A stretch of DNA of 12,505 nucleotides from Azolla caroliniana (taxonomy: Eukaryota > Plantae > Polypodiophyta). The notes below the pieces were generated by a model that worked only from the letters and a program-made list of their open reading frames with translations, ran no database searches and was not told where the DNA came from. The stretch is taken from the NCBI GenBank assembly GCA_043228905.1, contig JBHGNT010001057.1, positions 1 through 12,505 on the forward strand, in the 5' to 3' direction. Positions 1 through 7,060 of the stretch are shown piece after piece (positions within the stretch are counted from its first letter, which is position 1; every line of letters starts with the position of its first letter). Made by a program: the position numbers and the translations under genes.

Positions 1-194
1 ACATGGTGACAAGCGCGAACGGCAACGGCACATACCACCTCGCGGAACTCGACGGGACACGGTTAGCGGTGGCGGTTGCCGGAAAGCGGATCAAAGCTTT
101 CAAAAAGCGGTACGAAGACGAGCCGGAGCCTGCGAGCGGGAGTGACAACGACGATCAATTCGGGTCTGGCGGAGAATCGGAGAGCAACGAGTGA
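1..194 (+). CDS. pol: Partial pol: C-terminal end of Ty3/gypsy integrase with acidic tail, no chromodomain
   Basis: The frame is open from the window edge: AC|ATG fits the Tyr of GPY. NGTYHLAELDG and GKRIKAF resemble the gypsy integrase C-terminal module. Stop TGA at 192-194. Confidence 0.8.
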   Translation, partial: MVTSANGNGTYHLAELDGTRLAVAVAGKRIKAFKKRYEDEPEPASGSDNDDQFGSGGESESNE

Positions 195-251
195 GACATG
201 GTTTCTTTGATATCTACCCGTCTCTGGCGCATACCGGTGGATGCGTAGTTT

Positions 252-263
252 GGTGGGGGTGGA
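252..263 (+). promoter_or_regulatory. Polypurine tract of gypsy A
   Basis: GGTGGGGGTGGA lies immediately 5' of the TG start of the LTR. Confidence 0.75.
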
Positions 264-880
264 TGTCGAGGAGAGAAAGCGCGTAAACCGGCCCTTACAC
301 AGATGGACACGTGACTTGATATTTCGTACACGAACCGGTGGATGTGAATACAAAGCCGCACGTATTTATTAAAGGGGGATTGTGTGTATCCCAGTCAAGG
401 GGGATTGTGCGTATCCCGGTCAAGGGGGACAGGGTATAAAGGGAAGAGGACAAGGGAAAACGGGTATCGGGGCGCGAGGAGGAGGAGGAGCGTTGCTGCA
501 GAACGAAAGGCGGAGCTCTCTCTCTTGGACGCAAATCGTCGCTCTCTACGGGTGTCGGGAGGTCGTTGCCTCTGCTTCATGGACAGCCCGTGTGCTTCCA
601 GCAGAGTCGCTCCCTTTCCCCCTTTTGTTTCTCTATGTCGTGTGACTGTCGTCGGTGTGCGTGAGTAGGGACCCCGGGTCGGGTCCGTCGCCGCTTTGTT
701 GGTTGTAACTGTCGGAGTTTGTAATCTCTGTCATTATAATTAAGCATTACGTTCTAAATCTCTCTTTCTCGCTTCTACGTGTCGGTGAATCTGTCTTTGT
801 CTCTCTCTCTCTCTCGCTCCTTGGTCCAAGACCCCCATGGTCCCGCCCCTTTCTACACGTACGCGCATAACAACGCGACA
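264..880 (+). repeat. 3' LTR of gypsy A (617 bp)
   Basis: Terminal inverted TGTCG...CGACA, TATAAA at 435-440, (CT)n near 800-815. The right end coincides with the point where the host gag homology is cut. Confidence 0.8.
372..429 (+). repeat. 25-bp tandem repeat (2.3 copies) in U3 of LTR A
   Basis: AAGGGGGATTGTGTGTATCCCAGTC (372-396), AAGGGGGATTGTGCGTATCCCGGTC (397-421), AAGGGGGA (422-429), just upstream of the TATA box. Confidence 0.9.
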
Positions 881-2078
881 CCGGATCCGACCATCCGGTT
901 ATACTTTGTACACTTCGATCCACAAGCTCTACTTCATTCGAAGTGACTTTTCCCTTCTTCTCATATTCGTGAACGGAAGTCCAAAACTTTGCTCCCGCTC
1001 TAGCAGCTTCAGTCTTGTCTTTCCTGACTCTTATTCCGGCCGACGCAGCATAGTGCATCGCATCCACATGAGTCGCATCAGCATCCTCCATAGCTTTCTT
1101 CATTCCCCCTCTTCCGAAATTCACCCGTAGGGGTCTTCTAGTCTCGCTCGAGCAAATCATGTTGTCATCTATGTACACGATATTTTATCGGATCGCCTCT
1201 CGAAGGCTCGCACAATCCCTTCTCATGTGGTCCATGCTATCTCACCACACGCATCTAAAGGGCTCTTTTCCTTTGGGCCCCCGACAATTCATGTTGGCTA
1301 GCGTGACCTTCTCGAACTTCTTCGCCAGTTCTTCGATGACTTCATCACCAATCTTCTTTTATTCCACGTCACTTTGTTTTGGCGGCTCAACTACTTTCGG
1401 CGGTCTTGCTTTCTCCGTAACAGTCGATCCCACCAAGTCGGTGTCATCAACCCACTGACGACGCTTGTCGAGCCTATTGCATGCTCTCTTTACCGCAACC
1501 CAGTCCGCCACAAGCCCGTTCTCTTGGGTATCATCTTCCAGAAGAGTTCCCAACTCCCGTCTATCCTTCATGTCCACGGCCTTCAAGAAGTACAAAGTCT
1601 TGTCCTCTTCAAGTAGCACTTGATCCATGTTGGGGAGACGGCTAAACATCTGGTCGAATTCGTCGTACACCCTCGAGGCACTCATCTTCTTATTCTTCTT
1701 CTCTATCCACTTCATCAGGGCATGTCGAGTCATCCTTGTTGAGTCTTCAGTCGCGAACTCCACTAATATCGTTTTCTCGAACTCAGACCATGTTGTCTTA
1801 CCTTCTTGAAGTTCGATGACGCATCTTTGAATGTTGTTGGCGACAACTCTCTTGAAGCTTGCGATTTGACATGCTTCGGACACGTCCCTCTGATTCATTT
1901 CCCTTCTATATGCATCAAGGAACTTCGTAACGTTCCTTCCATCGAATTGGCCCTCGAGCTCTACGACACGATCGACAGCCTTCTCCACGCTCGTGTCGTT
2001 GTCCCGAGATCTCATCATTTGCTCGATGATTAGCATCATCCTTTCGAGCTCTCCCGCTTGATTGCTTGAGGATGCCAT
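881..2078 (-). pseudogene. gag: Retrotransposon gag pseudogene (capsid-like region plus zinc knuckle)
   Basis: One frame joins ORFs 1359..2129 and 747..1178. It starts MASSSNQ (ATG 2078) and includes FDGRNVTKFLDAY and TWSEFEK. In-frame stops lie at 1359-1361, 1242-1244 and 1185-1187. The knuckle reads CVW*DSMDHMRRDC (CX2CX4HX4C with Cys2 changed to TGA). Homology ends at ITGWSDP at the LTR A junction. Confidence 0.85.
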
Positions 2079-2124
2079 CTCCAAGTATCGGTTGATCCTC
2101 GACTTGATCCTTCCTACCACCTCT

Positions 2125-2142
2125 TTCACGTCGGGTTCACCA
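2125..2142 (-). promoter_or_regulatory. Primer-binding site complementary to the 3' end of cytosolic tRNA-Trp
   Basis: Minus strand reads TGGTGAACCCGACGTGAA. The + strand TTCACGTCGGGTTCACCA matches the plant tRNA-Trp(CCA) 3' end including CCA (recalled, not searched). It sits between the LTR end and gag. Confidence 0.85.
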
Positions 2143-2433
2143 CTTTATTATGTCGTGAAGATCTGTCACTAGGCGCGGATCGTGAGGCGGAACCGCCGGG
2201 GTTCTGAACCAGAAGGATTCGAAGTCGGTATAAGCTTTAGTGAGGAAGTATTTAAGATAGGTTGGGAAAAAAAAAAAGTTGAGATTAAACACTTGACTTT
2301 CGATTGAGAGAGATTGATTGAACTTTTATCTTTATATTCAAGAAACAAGTTACACGATCAATTCGATAACGAATTTTCTTCTTCTTAATTTCATAACAAA
2401 AAGAGCCTAACCCTTCTTCTTTTTCATCCCTTC

Positions 2434-2441
2434 TTTTATAG
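2434..2441 (-). promoter_or_regulatory. Putative TATA box of LTR B
   Basis: CTATAAAA on the minus strand, followed by a purine-rich stretch, ~280 bp from the LTR 3' end and oriented toward gag. Confidence 0.55.
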
Positions 2442-2585
2442 ATGCTCTAACATACATAAAATGCATGTTTGCCATTTGGCGCTCATGTATTACAAGTGGT
2501 GCATGATAACCATGTCACTCATTTTAGCTCTCATGTATGAGAATTTACATGTAAAAGTACAATGATAGAAATATAAATTCAACTA

Positions 2586-2656
2586 AATGTCATGGCTTAG
2601 TGGTAAGCTAATTCACTCCTAACTTGGAGGTGCAAGGTTTGAATCCTTACTTGCCC
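2586..2656 (+). other. tRNA-derived sequence (Pol III A-box/B-box module) inside LTR B; not a functional tRNA
   Basis: A box TGGCTTAGTGG (2593-2603) with D-stem GCTT/AAGC; CTCC/GGAG stem; B box GGTTTGAATCC (2636-2646) in T-stem AAGG/CCTT. Box spacing is tRNA-like but the acceptor stem does not pair. Confidence 0.65.
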
Positions 2657-2661
2657 TCCTT

Positions 2662-2709
2662 GTATATGTATATATATATGTGTGTGTATATATTTATATA
2701 TTTATTTAT
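2662..2709. repeat. (TA)/(TG) low-complexity microsatellite
   Basis: gtatatgtatatatatatgtgtgtgtatatatttatatatttatttat. Confidence 0.8.
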
Positions 2710-2712
2710 CTA

Positions 2713-2811
2713 GTCGTCGGATGCCGGTTCGTCTGATGTCGTCGGATGCCGCCGGTTACCGGTGGCTGCCGCCTCACCGGATGTCGTCGTCTCACCGGCG
2801 CCGAATGTCGT
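2713..2811. repeat. GC-rich CCGG minisatellite block 1 in LTR B
   Basis: Units like GCCGCCGGAT and GGTTACCGGTGGCT, with 5 CCGG plus TCGG/CCGA decay variants. Shares GATGTYGTYGTCTCACCGGCGCCGRATG with block 2. Confidence 0.8.
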
Positions 2812-3322
2812 TGTCGTGAAGTTGACACTTCACGATGTGAAAACAATGTCAAAAATCTATAGAAGTACATTTCCCATCTAGAGCTTATGACAAGGAGCAT
2901 GAAGGAATTTTCGGTTCGTGAATCGGAGTTCAGAAGCCCAAGATACAAGCTTCGGAAGGATTAATGTTACTTGAGACAAAAATGTAATTATGTCAAAAGG
3001 GGGAGTCAAAATTAAATAAGGGCTATTTCTATAATTTCTTAAATATAGAACTATAAAATTGAATTGTAGCATCAATAAATAAATAAAATAAAATAAAAAT
3101 ACAACCGCCTTGCATGAGGCGGTTTGTCAACCGCCTGAAGAGGATGGTAGGGCAGTTGACCACCCTATATAAGCCACACCTATGGTGGCTAAAGGGAAGG
3201 GAGGAGGAGAAGGAGAAGGAAGAGAAGGAAAAGCGAGTGAAGCAGCTCGTGTGGGTATGGGATGCAAAGCTCGCCAAAGAAGATGGTGGCCTGCATAAAT
3301 CATGGCAACAGTTAAAGAAAAG

Positions 3323-3555
3323 AAAGTGAATACAAGAAAAGGAAGAAGTTAAAGTGGTGTATCTCAAATGCCTCTTTGTAAACAAAAGGTTGTGAGTTTG
3401 AATCCTCTTCAAATAATTTTTTTGGTAATCAAATTTTGTAATATAAATTTAGTATATATAAAGTGAAAGACAAAGACAAATAAAGAGAAACCAAAGAGAT
3501 TGAAGTGGTCTATCTCAAACACTTCTTCTCAAATAGAGTTTGTGAGTTCAAGTGT
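3323..3555 (+). repeat. Diverged ~150-bp direct duplication in LTR B
   Basis: AAGTGGTGTATCTCAAA (3352) vs AAGTGGTCTATCTCAAA (3503); TTGTGAGTTTGAAT (3390) vs TTGTGAGTTCAAGT (3540). Confidence 0.7.
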
Positions 3556-3750
3556 TGCCAAGTAACTTTTGGCAAATAAATATTGTAAGTGGTTGTTTTA
3601 CAAGTAAAATTCTTTTCGCGACAACGTCGCATTTATCTTGCCTTATTGGCTTCTTGTCATCGCACCGTTTGCGATTACACGTTTTCACCCCGATCATCCC
3701 CAAGTCACAGAACCCCAGCGGTTGCAACACACAACCACAATCTTCGAGAC

Positions 3751-3997
3751 ACCGCTGGTTACCGGTGGCTGCCGCCGGATGCCGCCGATTACCGGTGGCC
3801 GCTAGATGCCGGTGGCTGCCACTAGATGTTGTTGTCTCACCGGCGCCGGATGCCGGTGCGCCGTCGGTTACCGGTGGCTACTGCCGGATGCAGTCGGTGC
3901 GCCGCCGGATGTCAATTCCGCCGGATCACCGGTTGCCGGTGTGCCACTGTCACTTTGCCGGCTGCCGCCGGATCACCGGCTCCATTGCCGGTCCGGT
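3751..3997. repeat. GC-rich CCGG minisatellite block 2 in LTR B
   Basis: Degenerate reiteration of TTACCGGTGGC, GCCGCCGGAT and GGATCACCGG; 18 CCGG counted by eye in 3762-3996. Confidence 0.85.
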
Positions 3998-4391
3998 TTT
4001 GGTTGGCCAAAAACCTTTACGAGTAGTTAGGCCACCTCCACTCTTAGTTCAAGTTACCTTGAACTCTCTATGCTCCACACATAGACACAAAGATAATAGC
4101 TTTTGCTCTACTTTATATATGATAAGAGCCGTATTTGTCGTGCCTATGTGGGATATCTCACAGTTTTCTCTTTTCCTTTCACAACTTTATACCCTCATAT
4201 CTTGACATTTAGTTGTCTGTTTCTCGTGTAATAAAGTGCATTCGAAAGCTCTTGAAGACCTCCATCATTTTGTACTTAGATATTAAACTTATTTAAAATG
4301 TTATCTTCACTATTATTGTTTTATGTGATTCATACTCGATTTTGTACGTTTTATGTGATTTTCACACTATTGCCAAAAATCTTCACGACAC

Positions 4392-6545
4392 CGGAAACTC
4401 ATCCAGAGCAGTGACGTAGTCTTCAAAGAAGACTTTATCTCCTCTCAACAAAACCAACAGAAAATAGTTGGTAAAAAGGCATCCTTCGAAGTTGACAGAG
4501 ATGTCATAGAAGGACCGTCCCACCAAGCCAAATCGGAGATTCGACAAACAATCGCACTGGACCAAGCCGACAACATACCTGCTGACTCCGAATTGATAGG
4601 AGGTCCACTAGTCGAACTCGAAGACAAAAAAGACAAAGTCAACAAGGTGTGAGCCGGAAACAACAGTGTCGACCCAACCGACCCACCCCAAGCCAAAGAG
4701 AAAAACAAAATCGAGTCGGCCAAGCCCTCTACCTCTAAGTCAACTAATTCCGAAGGAGGGGAGGATGCCATGTCATCACCGAAACCCTATTATAGGGGTG
4801 AGTCATCTAACAGGACTCCTGAAGATGCTTGAAGTAATACTGATCAACCGGACGAGCCGACTGAAGAGTTCGAACCAACAAAATTGGCACTCAAGAGATC
4901 CGGACGAATCAGAAGGCCTACAGAGTTTCATCAACCGCTTGATTACGTCAACTACACGAATGCAAGTGAACCAAGCACTTATGAAGAAGCTATAGCGCAC
5001 TGGACGCCGAAACATGGCTACAAGCCATGCAATCCGAGATGGACTTGATTTGACAATATCAGACATGGGAGTTGGTCGAACTACCAGCTCAAAGAAAGCC
5101 GCTACCTTTCAACTGGGTTTTCCAATACAAATATGCATCTAACTTAGAGAAACCCATGTCCAAAGCTCGGCTTGTCGCGAAAGGGTTAAAACAAGAACAT
5201 GGGGTCAACTACGACGAGATATTCTCACTAGTAGTCAAGATGACCACCCTCAGACTCCTACTAGGAGTTTTGGCGACAGAAGACCTAGAGGTAGAGCAAC
5301 TAGATTTAAAGACGGCATTCCTACACGGAGGTCTGGAAGAAGACATTTACATGTCTCAACCGGGAGGCTTCACAGCGACGAGGGAGGAAAGTCACCTCGT
5401 ATGTCGCTTGAAGAAAAGTCTCCATGGCTTGAAACAAGCGCCTAGGAGGTGGTACCAGATGTTCGACTCCTACATGAGGCAACTTGGATACTGCCTATCG
5501 GACTTTGACCCATGCATGTACATTTGGCAATTGGCCGACGAGCCTAGGATTTATCTGATCCTATATGTTGACGACATGTTGACTGCTCGAAGAAATCAAG
5601 CAGAGATCGGAAAGTTGAAGCGGAGCCTTCATGACAAGTTTCTGATGAAGGAACTCGGACAAGCCCGTCACATACTGGGCATGAGGATCGAGCGAAATCG
5701 GACGACCAAGACTCTCCCCGACTCTTCCAGTTCGACTATATCCGTATATCCGAAAGGTGTTGAAGCGCTTCAACATGGAAAATGCAAATCCAACACCAAT
5801 ATTGCTTCTGACGTCAATCCAACAATCAGACAAAGACTCTCCTTCAACTGACAAGGAGATAGATCTTAATGGAAAGATGACCTACGCATCATACGTAGGA
5901 AGTATCATGTACGCAATGGTGACGACCCGACCTGACCTAACCCATGTCGTAGGGGTGGTCATCTGGTACATGTCAAACCCAAGATGTAAGCATTGGGAGG
6001 CCGTCAAGCACATCTTCAGGTACCTAAGAGGGACCGAAGATACACAACTGACTTTCGGTTTGACAACCTTAGCCAAAGTCAAAGGCTACACTGACTCCGA
6101 CTATGCCGGCAATATGGACAATCGGAAATTAACAACAAGCTATATTTTCACCTATGGTGGCGGTGCTATATCATGGAGGTCGAAGCTTCAAGAGCGCACG
6201 GCCCTGTCTACCACAGAGGCCGAGTACATAGCAGCATCGGAGGCAGAAAAAGATGTGATCTAGTTGCACCGACTAACTGTTGATTTCTTAGCTACAAGCC
6301 AAAATGACCAACCAGCGCCAACCATCTATTGCGACTCCTAGAGCGCTATACACCTCATCAACAATCTTGTCTTTCACACAAAGACAAAGCATATTGACGT
6401 GCGGTATCATCACATCCAGGAGCTCATAACCGAGAAAAAGCTCGAAGTCCGGAAGATCGACACTGAGGTGAACATCGTTGATTGCCTAACGAAGCCACTC
6501 CTAGATAAACGCTTTGGAGCACTAAGGACAAAGATGGGACTGTGA
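4392..6545 (+). pseudogene. pol: Ty1/copia pol pseudogene (integrase C-terminus, RVT_2-type reverse transcriptase, RNase H)
   Basis: Motifs RKLIQSSDVVFKE (4392), LKRSGRIRRP, EPSTYEEA, KARLVAKG, QLDLKTAFLHG, LKKSLHGLKQAPRRWY, LYVDDML, TRPDL, GYTDSDYAG, STTEAEY, TKHIDVRYH, DCLTKPL. Stops at 4650, 4830, 5051, 6261 and 6339; frameshifts near 4997 and 5715-5752. Confidence 0.95.
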
Positions 6546-6781
6546 CAAGCGACGAAGCAGAACAAGGCCGAATGAGGAGCAGAAGGGAAGTCGAACCAAT
6601 CGACTCAAACAAGTCAATCTGACTGACTAGCCGAACCAAGCTAGACATTGAACACATCTCTGTCGACTCAGCCACATGTCGACTGACTTGTAAATATAAA
6701 CTTAGCTTAATATTGTAATCTAGGTTTACGGGGGAGATAACCCCAAACATTTGTACATGCAGGAAAGAGTAGTCCTTTTAC

Positions 6782-6790
6782 GAGGGAGTT
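6782..6790 (+). promoter_or_regulatory. Polypurine tract of the copia element
   Basis: GAGGGAGTT directly before TGTTGG. Confidence 0.6.
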
Positions 6791-6928
6791 TGTTGGCATA
6801 AAAGGCCGACTCCTTCCAATTTGTATCCTAATGTGAACTCATCCAAAAGAGTTAGGGCTTATTATATAAGCAATAACCTAACGGTGTAAAAGAGAGAGAA
6901 CTTCTTGATCATCTTGTATAGCAATCTT

Positions 6929-6967
<39 letters not shown>

Positions 6968-7060
6968 AAGAACGTAATATATCAAAGCTTCCATTAAAGC
7001 TTAGAACGTGTCCATTCTTTGTTTATTCCCTTGCCTTCCTTCTGTGTTGTTTGCCGAACA
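6791..7060 (+). repeat. 3' LTR of the copia element (~270 bp)
   Basis: Imperfect terminal IR TGTTGGCA...TGCCGAACA; TATATAA at 6863-6869; LINE coding remnant begins right after 7060. Confidence 0.7.
6930..6965 (+). repeat. (GAGTGA)6 microsatellite within the copia LTR
   Basis: Six perfect GAGTGA units. Confidence 0.95.

Larger units (their letters stand above)
1..880 (+). mobile_element. Ty3/gypsy LTR retrotransposon A, 3' end (integrase C-terminus, PPT, 3' LTR); 5' part lies outside the window
   Basis: Integrase C-terminal GPY/F-like peptide (Y)MVTSANGNGTYHLAELDG...VAGKRIKAF ends at 194. A G-rich PPT (252-263) follows, then an LTR bounded by TGTCG (264) and CGACA (880). Sequence right of 880 resumes an unrelated minus-strand gag frame. 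Confidence 0.85.
881..4390 (-). mobile_element. Ty3/gypsy-type LTR retrotransposon B, 5' part (5' LTR, PBS, gag), interrupted at 880/881 by element A
   Basis: On the minus strand the order is LTR (4390-2151), tRNA-Trp PBS (2142-2125), then gag ORF with CCHC knuckle. No pol is visible, so the gypsy assignment rests on gag style, LTR size and PBS. Confidence 0.85.
2151..4390 (-). repeat. 5' LTR of element B (2240 bp)
   Basis: Perfect 12-bp terminal inverted repeats TGTCGTGAAGAT (2151-2162) and ATCTTCACGACA (4379-4390). The PBS is on one side and the copia integrase frame resumes on the other. Confidence 0.85.
4391..7060 (+). mobile_element. Ty1/copia LTR retrotransposon, decayed, 3' half (interrupted in integrase by element B)
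   Basis: Domain order INT C-terminus > RT > RNase H, then PPT and a short LTR TGTT...AACA. Confidence 0.93.

Noticed and set aside
372-429. CRISPR-like array (25-bp hairpin repeats)
   Set aside because: Units are directly adjacent with no spacers, and the context is a eukaryotic LTR.
747-880. C-terminal part of ORF 747..1178 as true gag
   Set aside because: It is read-through into the antisense strand of LTR A beyond the 880/881 junction.
2125-2142. tRNA-Trp gene
   Set aside because: Only the 3' 18 nt including encoded CCA are present, next to an LTR end; this is a PBS.
2586-2656. Functional tRNA gene
   Set aside because: Acceptor stem does not pair, the anticodon loop is non-canonical, and the T-loop has TTT instead of TTC.
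3029-3412. ORFs 3029..3412(-) and 3114..3329(+)
   Set aside because: Low-complexity translations of a GA-rich LTR tract.
3552-4205. 217-aa ORF and overlapping ORFs 3589..3825, 3806..4030, 3826..4026, plus 2706..2948
   Set aside because: They are open because the GC-rich CCGG minisatellite lacks stops. They lie inside an LTR, give repetitive peptides and show no recognisable domain.
2812-4390. Separate solo-LTR starting at the internal TGTCGTGAAG
   Set aside because: The right flank is copia integrase rather than the rest of LTR B, no TSD matches, and CCGG blocks on both sides of 2812 are homologous. One long LTR is the simpler reading.
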